Below are positions 27,201 to 40,300 of a stretch of 64,000 bases of DNA, in pieces (positions within the stretch are counted from its first letter, which is position 1; every line of letters starts with the position of its first letter). The DNA comes from Convolutriloba macropyga (taxonomy: Eukaryota). Where the stretch lies: positions 28,086,001 through 28,150,000 of the forward strand of contig NC_134472.1 of the NCBI RefSeq assembly GCF_964194025.1, in the 5' to 3' direction. Under the pieces are notes generated by a model that was not told the DNA's origin, ran no database searches, and saw nothing but the letters and a program-made list of their open reading frames with translations. A program made the translations under genes and the position numbers.

Positions 27201-30200
27201 TGACTCAATTTGTTGATAAGGGAAACCTCCGATGATTGAATATTTGAAAACTTGGGATCAGATATTTCTTTCTTTTCGTTTTGGCTAAGTTGTTTGCTGC
27301 ATTTTCTAGTTTGATTTTGTGGTCGAGAAACCCTCGATCGCGAGCATTCTGTGGTGTAATAAGTGTTTTTGCTCAATTTAATTTATTTGGAAACGAATTT
27401 TTTTTAACCCTGCGCAAATTTGGAAACAATCTTGTTCTAACCCTGCTCTTGTTTAAGATGAAGGTTCACCGTATTCAAAATTCTACAAGTGTTGCAAGAA
27501 TAAATCTTTAGAAAAAAACAAACCACTGGACGGGTTAGTAACTTCACAAACCTATTGCTCTTAATTAGACTAAAGAGTCAAACTACGCCCTTCGTCCAAT
27601 CACTAAATGAGCTGTTTTCAGGAGCTAAAAAACTGTACTCAAATGCCAATAAAAAGATGTCAGAGTATGTTTGAAAGGCCTCTCTATGTTATACGATATC
27701 TTAAATCATAAGGAACGTTTGGACCAAAAAGTCTAATTTGGTGACTCTTAGATTGAGATCATGACAGTTTCTCAATCCAACAAACTAATTAATCGCTCAA
27801 CCAATATATTTATACAAGATAGCAGATGACGTCAAGAGCTTGTCGGTGTCCATTCTGCAGCCTAACCAGACGAGTATTAACTAAAGATATTGCCCTTCAG
27901 GTACTTCAGTTTAATGTAGACCGTTTTAATTGTCTACTTGGTTCGACATTGAAAATTTCCTGGGTTGACTTTACTTGTCAAATCTTCTACGGGCAGGCAG
28001 CCCTGCCCTCAAATGGGTTTCACTATGCAGTCTCCTGGAAGAAGTTGTATGACCGACCTCTGATCAGACGATCTTCAGACCGAAGGGACCTCTGATCGTT
28101 CTCTCGTGCGCTTGAAAGGGCCCTATGATCAGATCATTACAGTCCGGAAGTGACCTCTGATCAGAACATCCCCAGAACGGAGTGACCTACGATCATACTG
28201 TAATGCACTTGAAATTGGCCCCTGATCAGTCTATCTTCAGAGGGAAATAACATCTGATCAGACCATTACCATTCGGAGGAGACCTATGATTATCCCCAAA
28301 CTGAAGTGACCCCTGATCATACTGAAAAGCGCTCGAAGTTCAGCCATGATCAAACTCTCCCAGACGGAAATGATCTCCGATCAGAGCGTTACCATCTGGA
28401 ATTGACCTCTAATCAGACAATCCCCAGACTAAAGTGACCTCTGTTTAACTTAAGTGCGCTCAAACCAAATTTCAGAGCCTGTAATTTTGGTCTCAGAACG
28501 CACAGTGTGCGTTGATTTGTTTTGATTACAGGTCTCTTCCGGATTGCACCTCAACATTTGTAACATTCTTAGTTGCGTAAATAATAATAAAAAAAACTTT
28601 CTGGGATGTCTTTTGCTGAAAAACAACTGGTCTTTTTGATGGTTTTTACAAAGGTAGCCGATCGATTGCTTAGTAAGGGATGTTTTCGCTCCCATTTTTT
28701 ACATTGCTTTTAAATTTTGACGTTCTGTTGGCTAGGATGGTGTTGTTTTGGCTAGGTAAGTATGGTTTATATTGCCGGAAGAAGATGACTCAATTTGATA
28801 ACAAGGGAAAGCTGCCATGATTGATTATTTGAATAGCTTTGAAAATTTCCTGGGTTGACTTTACTCTTCAAATCTTCTACGGGCAGGCAGCCCTGCCCTC
28901 AAATTCGTTTCCTTATGCAGTCTCCTTGAAGATGTTGTATGACCGACCTCTGATCAGACAATCTCCAGACCGAAGGGATCTCTGATCGTTCTCTCGTGCG
29001 CTTGAAACGGCCCTATGATCAGATCATTACTGTCCGAAAGTGACCTCTGATCAGAACATCCCCAGAACGGAGTGACCTACAATCATTCTGAAATGCACTT
29101 GAAATTGACCCCTGCCCTGATCAGTCTATCTTCAGAGGGAAATAACCTCTGATCAGACCATTACCATTCGGAGGAGACCTATGATCATCCCCAAACTGAA
29201 GTGACCCCTGATCATACTGAAAAGCGCTCGAAGTTCAGCCATGATCAGACTCTCCCAGACGAAAATGATCTGAGATCAGAGCATTACCATCCGGAATTGA
29301 CCTCTAATCTGACAATCCCCAGACTAAATTGACCTCTGGTTAACTTAAGTGCGCTCAAACCAATTTTCAGAGCCTGTAATTTTGGTCTGAGAACGCACAG
29401 TGTGCGTTGATTTGTTCTGATTACAGGTCTATTCCGGATTGCACCTCAACATTGGTAACACTCTTAGTTGCGTAAATAATAAAAAAAAATTCTGGGATGT
29501 CTTTTGCTGAAAAACAACTGGTCTTTTTGATGGTTTTTACAAAGGTAGCCGATCAATTGCTTAGTAAGGGATGTTTTCGCGCCCATTTTTTACATTGTTT
29601 TTAAATTTTGACGTTCGGTTTGCTAGGATGGTGTTGTTTTGGCTAGGTAAGTATAGTTTATATTGCGATAAAAGATGACTCAATTAGATAATAAGGGAAA
29701 CCTCCAATGATTGATTATTTGAATAGAATTGCGACCAAATATTTCAAGCTTGTCTGTTTGGCTAAGTTGTCCGCTCCATTTTCTAGAATAATTTTGTTGT
29801 TGAGAAGCCCTTGATCGCGAGCTTTCTGTTGTGTGTTCTTTCACATTTTTGTTCATTTGGAAACAATATTGTTTCAACCCTGCACAAATTTGGAAATAAC
29901 CTTCTTCAAACCCTGCTCAAATTTAGGATGGAGGTTTACCTATTCACAATTCCACATAATTTCCTAAAAGAAATCCTTAGAATGAAGAAAAGCTTGAATC
30001 ATGTTTGAAAATCCTCTCTATGTTATACGATATTTTAAATCATAAGGAATGTTTGGACCAAAAGGGCTAATTTGGTGACTCTGAGATTGAGATCATGCCA
30101 GTTTCTCAATCCAACAAACTAATTAATCGCTCAGCCAATATACCTAAACAAGATAGCAGATGAAGTCAAGAGCTTGTCGGTGTTCACTCTACAGCCCAAC

Positions 30201-31830
30201 CAGACGAGTATTAACCAAGTTGATAGTACGTAAAGATATTGCCCTTCAGGTATTTCAGGTTAATGTAGACAGTTTTAATTTTCTACTTGGTTCGACATTG
30301 AAAATTTCCTGGGTTGATTTTACTCGTCAAATCGTCTACGGGCAGGCAGCCCTGCCCTCAAATTGGTTTAACTATACAGTCTCCTGGAAGAAACTGTATA
30401 ACCGAGCTCTGATCAGACGATCTCCAGACCGAAGGGACCTCTGATCGTTCTCTCGTGCGCTTGAAAACGCCCTATGATCAGATCATTACCGACCAGAAGT
30501 GACCTCTGATCAGAACATCCCCAGAACGGAGTGACCTACGATCATACTGTAATGCACTTGAAATTGACCCCTGATCAGTCTATCTTCAGAAGGAAATAAC
30601 CTCTGATCAGACCATTACCATCCGGAGGAGACCTATGATCATCCCCAAACTGAAGTGACACCTGATCATACTGAAAAGCGCTCGAAATTCAGCCATGATC
30701 AGACTCTCCCAGACGGAAATGATCTCCGATCAGAGCTTTACCATCCGGAATTGACATCTAATCAGACAATCCCCAGACTGAATTGACCTCTGGTTAACTT
30801 AAGTGCGCTCAAACCAAATTTCAGAGCCTGTAATTTTGGTCTGAGAACGCACAGTGTGCGTTGATTTGTTCTGATTACAGGTCTCTTCCGGATTGCACCT
30901 CAACATTTGTGACATTCTTATTTGCGTAAATAAAAAAAAACTTTCTGGGATGTCCTTCACTGAAAAACAACTGGTATTTTTGATGGTTTTTACGAAGGTA
31001 GCCAATCAATTGCTTAGTAAGGGATGTTTTCGCGCCCATTTTTTACTTTGCTTTTAATTTTTGACGTTCGGTTTGCTAGGATGGTGTTGTTTTGGCTAGT
31101 TAAGTATAGTTTATATTGCCGAAAAAAGATGACTCATTTTGATAATAAGGGAAACCTCCCTTGATTGATTATTTGAATAGATTCACGATGAAATATTTCA
31201 AGCTTGTCTGTTTGGCTAAGTTGTCCGCTGCAATTTTTAGAATAATTTTGTTGTCGAGAAGCCCTTGATCGCGAGCTTTCTGTTGTGTGTTCTTTCACAT
31301 TTTTGTTCATTTGGAAACAATATTGTTTCAACCCTGCAGATATTTGGAAATAACCTTCTACTAACCCTGCTCATATTTAGGATGGAGATTTACCTATTCA
31401 CAATTCCACAGAAATTCCTAAAGGAAATCCTTAGAATGAAGAAGAGCTTGAAGTATGTTTGAAAATCCTCTCTATGTGATACGATATTTGAAATCATAAG
31501 GAATGTTTGGACCAAAAGGGCTAATTTAGTGACTCTGAGATTGAGATCATGCCAGTTTCTCAATCCAACAAACTAATTAATCGCTCAACCAATATACCTA
31601 AACAAGATAGCAGATGACGTCAAGAGCTTGTCGGTGTCCATTCTACAGCCTAACCAGACGAGTATTAACTAAGTGGATATTACGTAAAGGTTTTGCCTTT
31701 CAGGAACTTCGGGTTACTGTAGACCGTTTTAATTGTCTACTTGTTTGTTCCAACAATCAAAACTCCCTTGGTTGACTTTACTCAGGGGCAGGCCGCACTG
31801 CCATCAGAATGTTTTCCATATACAGTCTCT
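24270..31830 (+). repeat. Complex tandem array, unit ~1.45-1.6 kb, ~5-6 copies (one internally deleted), each with a ~37-40-bp GACCTCTGATCAGA minisatellite
   Basis: Anchor ttaagtgcgctc at ~25346, 26864, 28450, 29345 and 30799; anchor gatcgcgagc at ~24779, 27335, 29813 and 31267; hairpin gggcaggcagccctgccc at ~26496, 27991, 28881 and 30340. Confidence 0.92.
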
Positions 31831-32884
31831 CGGCAGAATGTTGGCCGATTAATACTCTCAGAAATCAATCCTCTTGTGTTTTCCCCATCCTCAGTGCTGA
31901 CCTTCAGTTTCGTTGCTTAACGTGATCTAAATATTGATTGGTTAACCACTATTTTAAATAGTCAGCAAAAAAAGATATATTCGCCTAATTAAAACTAGAA
32001 CTATATATTTTGTTTATATCTTTAAGGATGTGATCGGAAATTACCAAATCTGTAAAATTGTACGCTTTTGATTTGTAGGAGAATTAAAATTAATAAGCAA
32101 TAAACTACTATGGAAACTAAGTTCTGTTTCTGTAGAACAATTTGTTTATGTTTTCCATTAGTCCCAAGAAACGATACGTAAAGTTTTTATTTAATAGATA
32201 CTGGTTTTAGTTTCTACTAAGTTATACGAATAGATCCAGAAAGAAAAAATATTTATCCATTTGAAATTAACTTAACGGAAAGTATAGTTACCTGAATACA
32301 CTAATCTCAAGCAAATATTAAAATTTTCAGTTCCGCGACAGATATTTCTCAACTGACTGGTCAACTCAAATTTATTATGCAAAGTTAGGCTATCGCAACA
32401 TTTTAGTAATTTTCAAATTGATTTTGTTACAAAAATTGGCCAACGCTGAGCCTTATATATACTTCTTATCTATGCTTGATTCTGGTAGTTTGGTCTTTTT
32501 TCTACCAACAGTTGCTAATTTTTGTGTAAAGTTTTCGGACAGTCATTCATAACTTTGATACCATAAGTCACTACTAGGGGTTTCTAATCCTTCATTACGT
32601 GCGTGAGATTTTGGGAATTTGATGGTAGATCTATCTAAGAATTTGTATCAGAATCAATATTTAATTATTTAACCGTTCTCCTCAGTTTAAATTTCTTCAC
32701 CATTATTATCTTTGTACGGTTTGAAATTTAGAGTTTGCTTTCAAGTTAGGAGTAATTCAAGGTCAGTGTTAATTTGATTTTTTTCTAAAAGCGCTTCAAG
32801 TTCAACCTTCCGTACCTCTATCCTATCCATTTGGACAAAACTATTATCTTAATTGGCACAACGCACTTAGAGTGTAGGGCAAAT

Positions 32885-34981
32885 TAGGGAACACCTTGAT
32901 TACCATAATTTGTGGTACAATATTTGTAATCGATTTGATTGCCTTCGATTCGCAATCTTTCTTTTAGGTTAAGAGTTTCTTCCGTGTGAGTTGCATTTCC
33001 ATTATCTGTGATTTGATCAGTTGACGAAATGTTAATTAATCTTATTTTTCTCTAATTCACGTAGATTTTTCTTGCTAGCCAAACAGCCGCAATTATGAGT
33101 CCCAGCAGTCACAAAGTGAATGCGAGTAGGCCAGCTTATTCTGATAGTGTATTCCTCCAGGAGGGCTGGAGACGAGGTTCTTTATTGCTATTGCTTTCCG
33201 TTTTCCACTGTAACTGTGTCTGTAATTTGAGGGTTGAACGTTTGAAAGTTTTGAAGCTCTGATCTAACCCTATGTAGCCTCATAGTCTACTTCTTGTTCG
33301 TTGAAAGATTTGTAGGGCACTTGGAATTGAAAAAATTGCCTCAAGAATATCTGTAGTGTTAATAGTGGCTATTGATTCAAACTGCTCTACAAATACTGCA
33401 AGGTTATGTAACATCACTATCCGTTAGTTGATTGAAGCAGTTTTCCCATGCGTGCAGGGTGTACCAAGCAGCTTTTCCAACCTTTCACCCTGCTAGAGGT
33501 TTTCTTTCCATCTGAGTTCGTTAAATTGTACAGGAATTGCTGTTCATATGCCGCTCATAGAACGTGAATAGAGTTAAACAAGTAAACTGCAGTTGGCAAC
33601 AAATTGGCAATTCAGTCACTTCTCGTACACTGGTCTTCAATGCCGCCACCTCATGGTCGTAAAGCAGAACCATTAATATTAACTAATCTTGTGCGCTCAC
33701 CAACGCCAATAGTGTCGCGCAAAGTTTTAACTGTGGCGTTATGACGCATCATATATACTCTACACTGTTCATTTCTCGTCTTAACACAATTAAAAATTCT
33801 GGTTTAATCTACTTGTTGTTGCAGGAGTTTTTGATGGCTGGTGTTAGCACGATTGCTTTGTAGGCGTCGTGAATGTGCTCTCCACTGAACACGGAAATCA
33901 TCACTGTGATCAGGAATCCATTGACATGCACATTGCTGTGACTAGTGGTAATCTGTAATTTAGACTGAACTTTTCCGGAGAAATTGATAACTGCTTTCCT
34001 CTTAATTTCAACTTTGAGAGTCTTTTCTGTAATTCCATTTAAACTATCAGTGTTGCAGGTAGTTTTCCATTAGCTAGAACACCCATACTTGAAACAAACT
34101 GTGTCCTCTGCTATGCCATGTACAGAATTTAAATTTGTGGCTCAGTCTGTATTGCATTCAGTGTTTAAGTGAGGTTGTTGGCTGCACGCCAGAATCAGAA
34201 AAGAAAGAATAAAAACATTCGTTATCCGATTATCACATGCTTGTGCTTGTTGTAGGATTTCCATTGTCTGTTCAAGGTTGTCAAATAAAGGTCGCAGCCT
34301 TCGACATTTGTCCTCTCTGAAGTTTAACACTCGTTTACAATTGTGCTGTAGCTTTAAACTGCTGCTTGCTAGAACTCGGACTGATTCATTTTCTTCGTCG
34401 CTAAAGTGGACTGTTTGTGTTTCGAGATTGTGTAGTGTCCCTTCCAGACTATTCATCTTCTGGTTAGTACTCTGGCAAAGACCAAACTCAGAGAGGAGTC
34501 TGCAGCCGGCTTTCTTTATCAACGACTCCATGGTTATAGCAGTTGCTGCTCCCATCGCAAACAAGAAAGTAGGTCGTCTTCGACTCTGTATTTGATCTGT
34601 CTGCTCAGTACACAGACTTTCACCTCGTCAACTCCTCTGTTTCTTCTCGTTTCTGCTCTGCCATAATCCGTCTGAATGAAAGAAACTGAATCTTCAAAAT
34701 GGTGCTGCAATAGTATTCTTTGTTCCTGGTTGTTGCAGAACTTAGAGCTGACCCAAGTTTTTTTCTCTACTTATTGAGGGACTGTTGTAACTGTAGACTT
34801 TTTGCAGCTTCAGGTTTAGCAGCGGTCTTGGACAATGTATTATGATGCCAAAGGTTTTATAGGAGTTTGTCAGAGGCACTGGAGTTGTTGGTTGAAGTAA
34901 AACATGAGCGCTATATTTTCCACTCAATTTCGTTTGAAGTCGTAATGCAGTTGCGAAAAAGACAATCCAAAAATTGAACAT
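32885..34981 (-). pseudogene. Decayed envelope (class I fusion / F-protein-like) gene of a retroelement
   Basis: In order on the minus strand: signal-peptide-like MFNFWIVFFATAL; HVLLQPTTPVPLTNSYKTFGIIIHC; basic site SRRRPT then hydrophobic FLFAMGAATAI; heptad-like NQKMNSLEGTLHNLE...LASSSLKLQHN; a Cys-rich region; TM-like AGLLAFTL*LLGLIIAAVWLARK (~33070-33135). Multiple stops and frameshifts. Confidence 0.7.
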
Positions 34982-35729
34982 CTTATAAAGGTAAGGAGTT
35001 ACTGCTCCATATAGTAGTATCCCTATAAATGCAGGAGAATAATGTACAGTGGTTGTTCTTTTTTACTTACAAAACTAAATTGAAAAGAAGCGCTGAAAAA
35101 AATAACAAAATCAAACTTTAATTACAATCCAAAAATGTAAATAAAAAAGATATAATCAAGTTTTATTCTATTTTTAAACTGAGTTTATAAAAAGTCCCAA
35201 AAACCACATTGTTGAAACAAATTTTTTCCCAATTTAGTAGGTAAACTCTTTCTTACTTGAGCTGAGAATTCTAAGTTTCATTATAGTTTTTGAAGCTGTT
35301 CAATTGAAACAAAATCAGAATTGCCATTACTCATCAATATGAATGTTTTATGAATAAACCGCCTATAAAGTCCTATCCTAATTAGCCATTTTGGTACCTC
35401 TGTGAATTAACTCAAAGATAGTACTTTTGCAAAGTTTTCGTAATTTTCTAAGGATATTTTAAGTTGGAAACTCTATACCACCTCTACACCACCCAAAGTT
35501 AGTACTTTTGCAAATATTCCGTAAGTTTTCGTAATTTTCTAAAGATACTTTAAGTTGGAAACTCTACACCACCCATTTGGACTTAACTATTCTCTTGAAT
35601 AGTTATAAGTAGAATTGTTACGAATTTCTAGCGAGTCCTTGGTCTCAACATCATAGCTTACTGAATATCAAAGCTCAGTAAGTTTTTCCCGAGATTGTCA
35701 CTGCTCGATGTCAGCTGATTTCTTTTGTT

Positions 35730-36305
35730 CCGCCCAAACAAGGCTTTAGTTTACTTCATGAACACATCAGTTGCAGATCAACCGAGATCTGGATTGCGTC
35801 TGCTGATCACCGGTCAAAACTTCCTGTCCTCTTTTCAGATGTTCTATTGTCCACAGCATGTTTTGCTGCCAAGAGATGACCAATTGAATCAAAGGGAAGT
35901 AAAATTCTGGGCTAAATGCTACCTCTAGCGGCTCCATTTCAGTTTGGGTGCTGCCTTCTCTGCTATTTTGTTTCCCATTTGTAGCGGTAGTGTTTCAAGT
36001 ATCATCATCGTCCGGCATAGTTTCTGGCTGAGGCTGTGTTGCATTACTGATGTCCAGGTAAATGGCTAGGCCCACCGCAACTGCAAATCCTACGAAAATC
36101 TCGTTACGGAGTTCATTTTTCAAATTCAGCACTTGTAGCCCTTTATTGAATATCGAATGAGCCAGCCGATCAAACTCTAGGTCCCTGTTTTCTGGATTTT
36201 TGCTATAGCTTTTTTCGAACGCACTGTCCGCCCACTTTAGGATGCTCTCGTCTTTTTTCGTTTCAGACGATGTCCTTATTGTGATGAATTTTCTCAGCCA
36301 CGTTG
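35730..36305 (-). pseudogene. Decayed gag-like ORF with a degenerate CCHC zinc knuckle
   Basis: Frame ...SAFEKSYSKNPENRDLEFDRLAHSIFNKGLQVLNLKNELRNEIFVGFAVAVGLAI resembles a Gag capsid C-terminus. Downstream ICN*CVHEVN*SLVW keeps CX2CX4(H>N)X4(C>W) spacing. Confidence 0.45.
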
Positions 36306-37399
36306 ATTTTTTTAAGATTAAAGGAAATTCCTAGAATTTTTACGCTATCAAAGTATACTGAAATACGTAAACAAACTTCACATAATCATTTTTCTGTTAT
36401 CGCCACAGCAAATCAGCTACAAGAGATTTGCCTAATCTAAAAAATGGCCAAAAGTTAAAAATTTTGTATGTTGGGACTGAAAATTTGCACAATCCCCGAT
36501 TTTTTTTATTTTTTGAAGGAAAAATCAGAGAAACCCGAGGCTATAGCACACGTTTAGGTTAACCTCTAAACTATTTATGGTCCCTACTAATATTATGACA
36601 TCTTTCCCATAAGTGCGGCTATTAGCACATATACGGTGCAATATTAGCGTTTTTTGATATTTTGTCTTATATTGTTAAACTTTTTAAATTATTTACTTTA
36701 TAATACTTTAGGTGTTCAATATAATCAAATGCCCTACTTTTAAAGCATTTTGATCTACGAAATAACCATTCGTGCATATTTCATCAAAACAAATACTGTA
36801 GTAATGTGACCTTTATTATGTAAGCAGTGACTTATATCACTTAACTTTATTAACCAATCAGAAAGCAGTTAGAACGATTTATTAGAAGATAATAATTTAT
36901 TTGTTTACTTTCACTCAATTTTTTCAATAGTGCAACCATATCGTATTTCGAACCACTAGAAACTGTTAAAATGAGCAGTTGACTCTCAGATTGGAGTTTA
37001 ACTCGACTTTCTAATCAACTGTAGTTTTTTAAGGTAAAATTTGCCTGTGTCAAAAAAGCGGATGAAAATGGTTTTAAAAATTATTATTACCTGATTATTT
37101 ACATAAGTTCAATTGTTGAACAGTTCAGCCATATTGCATATAGAAACTTAGAAACTGTCACAAAGAGCAGTTGGCTCTCAGTTTGGACGGTAGTTTGGTT
37201 TTTAATCTAATGTAGTTTTTTTGCTTAGTTTTACTAGATATTAAGTTTTCAACAGTACTAACACTGGATGGAGCCTTGCAATCTTTAGCACGAAATTGAA
37301 AATGGATTATCATTCAAGATTTTGTTAACTTCATTCAAAATTAAAGTTATATTCATTTAAACATCCGAGCAGCTAAGTGTTTCTACGAGAAAATTAGAC

Positions 37400-40300
37400 A
37401 ATTGGACTCGAACATCAACGAATCTTCAATTCAATTTAGCAGACCAGAAAGAAAATTTTACTATGGCTTGAAAGAGCCCCGATAGACTTTGGAAAACACT
37501 ATAAACACTATAAAAACTACAAAATATCAGCCCTTTTCAAGAGACTTGAAAAAGAGCAAGCTGAATTGCTCAAAATATTTACCAGTTATCTTAGTGGTGT
37601 GGAAAGTCATTCTTTCCGGAAGAAAACAGTGTCTGCCAAAATTTTAGAATTAAGATGAACTCGAGGAAAATAGACAATAAGAGAGGCAACTCCAGAGGCC
37701 AAAGTGTATGAAGAATTTCGACGCCGACCCTGAGCGAAAGTTGGGCAAAAAGAAGAAGACATTGCGATGGTTGGTCGAATCAATACCAAAAATGGGAGCT
37801 ATAGAAGAACATTGCAGCTACGTTTTCAAATATCGAGAGGACATTTTTCGACTTTATACAATGACGGCATTATGTTTTTTGTTTCATAGCAATCTAGCTT
37901 TGTGTTACAAGCCGGAACTTAAATCCAGCGAAGATGGACTCAACTCACAAAGAAGTTATACAAATTGTGAAACAGATATTGCTATGGATAGTTTGACGGC
38001 CTCAAACAAGAACGAAGATTATCATCAAGGCATGCTAAAACAGCATCTGCAAACCAAGGATAGTTGAAATCAAACGGCATTAGTGTCATCCACATCGGCT
38101 CGAGCTAAGGACCCAAACGTAACTTTAGTAGGCGCGAAACGAAATGTCGAAGAGAATGTTGAGGTCTCTTCCAGGCTTTCTGCTAAACACCGAAGCAGAA
38201 AAGGTCCATTTATTACCAAATCTAATTTGTCGAGAAGGCGAGAGATCTATGAAATGGAGCTAGCAAACCGAGGAGCTAAGCAAAACGCAGAAAAACGATT
38301 GCCTGAACGGCAGTACGACTTAAAAAAGAGCGTCAAGAAATAGAGCTACTTCGACGAAAAGAATGACTTCTAACACAGGAGGACGAACTACGTCCTCATG
38401 TTGGTATTTGTTTGACCAACTATTTGAGTGTCTTCTTTTTTTCGCCCAACTTTCGCTCAGTGTCAGACTAGCCGGCCACTAACTCCAAATATTGTGATCA
38501 ACCCTCCGAGGAAATTATCACAGGACAGAGGTGACAAACACTTCCCCGAAAACTGCCCTGCTCTTTAAACCGGGTTTGGATTGTTTCTCAACACAATTGC
38601 TTGACTAGGGTATTCTCACAAAATCAGAAAACCCTAAATCAGTTAGGTTGACAGTACCACAGAGGTACTTGACAAGGACGACGTTCCAACAACAAGGAAT
38701 GTCAGCATTCAAAAACAGACAGAGAAGTTAAACACATAAGCAAAACTCTTTTAACAGATCAATGGAGAGCCAAACCAAATAACAACGAGCCCTACCCCAC
38801 AATTATTTTACCAATCGAGTGCTGATCCCAGAGGATTATCAAAACTCAAGTAAACGGATTTCTCCGAAGACCTATTGAAGTGGCCCGAGTGGGCAGAATT
38901 TTTTGATATCATTGTGCATCAAAAGCGTCTGATTGATACTGAGAAGATACACTATCTAAAGATTAGCCTCACTTGTCAGGCAAGAGTGGCAATTTTTGGA
39001 TTGGGTTTCAGATCACAGTCATTTTTATCAAGCTTGGGATATTCTACAGAAAAATTTTGCCCGACCGAGAGTCATAGTCGAAGTTCAACTTAATAAGATA
39101 AGCAGTCACTCTCCAGTTAGCCAAGATATCTCCAGAAGCACTGTTTGTTTTGCAGACGTTTTCGCATAGTTAGTTTTTTTGCTCTCAGCCTGACCTGGAA
39201 TCAGAGGCAGTTTTGATTGCAGCAACAACAAGACCTTCTCCTCAGCTTACAGAGCAGTGGCTTCGACATTTTCAGAATTATCGACTTCTAGCAGCATACT
39301 TGATTGTATTCAAAGGCTGATTAAAATTGATAATTTTCAAATTTAAAGAGTTGTTTTAACGCTGCAGAACACCAATAACAAGTACTTTTGCATCTAACGC
39401 TAATGATTCTACAAAACTAAAGAATTAAGAAGATGGACAGTACACCATCTGAAACTGAGAGAAAATTTATTCAATGAAGCCGATTGAACAACGGCCTTGT
39501 TTCAATTAACTGAGACCTGATCATCAATCAAAAAATTGCAGTTTTTGAGCTTGAAGTGTGGCCAATTGTGGAATACAATACAACAAATTTTGTCACAGTG
39601 ACGTCTCAAAAAAGGAGGCTACAACTGAGCCTCGGATGCTACGACTGTAGTAGTAAAGAAGGTCACACAAGGGGGACTCCCTGCGGTGCGCAATAAACAG
39701 TCGAATGGAAACAACAGCCTGAGCGTGCTGGAAGTGTGTGATACATTTTCATTGGTGGTAAGTCTCCTCATTTTCATTGGTGGTAAGTCAACCGTATCTA
39801 CACTTCACCTGAAAAGCTGCTAGGCGTCTTTGTCAGTAGCAGGAATACACGGATTACAAGATATTAAGACAGAAATAGTGCCAATAGTGATTTCAGCGCA
39901 CGAAAAGCTTCAACCATTGGCGAAATTGCAATTCTTTGTTTATGAAATACTGAATTTAGGTGAACAAATTGTAGATCTGCAAGGATTAAAATACCGTTAC
40001 CCGCGCTTGAGAGAACCTTCCAGATCAGAGCAAAAATCCAAAGGAACTTCAATTCATCCTTGGACAAGACTGTTCCAAAACACGTCACCCATTGGAATTC
40101 AAGAAATCAAACGATAATGCTGCACCGTTGGCAGTAAAATAAGATGAACCTTAAGTGTGTCCCCAGCAAGCGGAGCCAGCACAAACGCTTGCAACAACAG
40201 CAACATGAATTGCAGAAGACAAATTAGCAAACTGGTTGAGTATGTGGTGGGACAATAAATCCTTAAATCCTACCCCCCCCCTCCAATTTTAATGTCACCG

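Noticed and set aside
28050-28445. CRISPR-like array of GACCTCTGATCAGA repeats with spacers
   Set aside because: The repeats are short and degenerate, the spacers are related to each other and recur in every macro-unit, there are no cas genes and the context is eukaryotic. It is a minisatellite.
24646-31462. Recurrent short ORFs (MKQYCFQ..., MIASFLL..., M.SRACRC...) as a tandem gene family
   Set aside because: They overlap on both strands, vary by frameshift between units and have no recognisable domain, so they are by-products of the repeat
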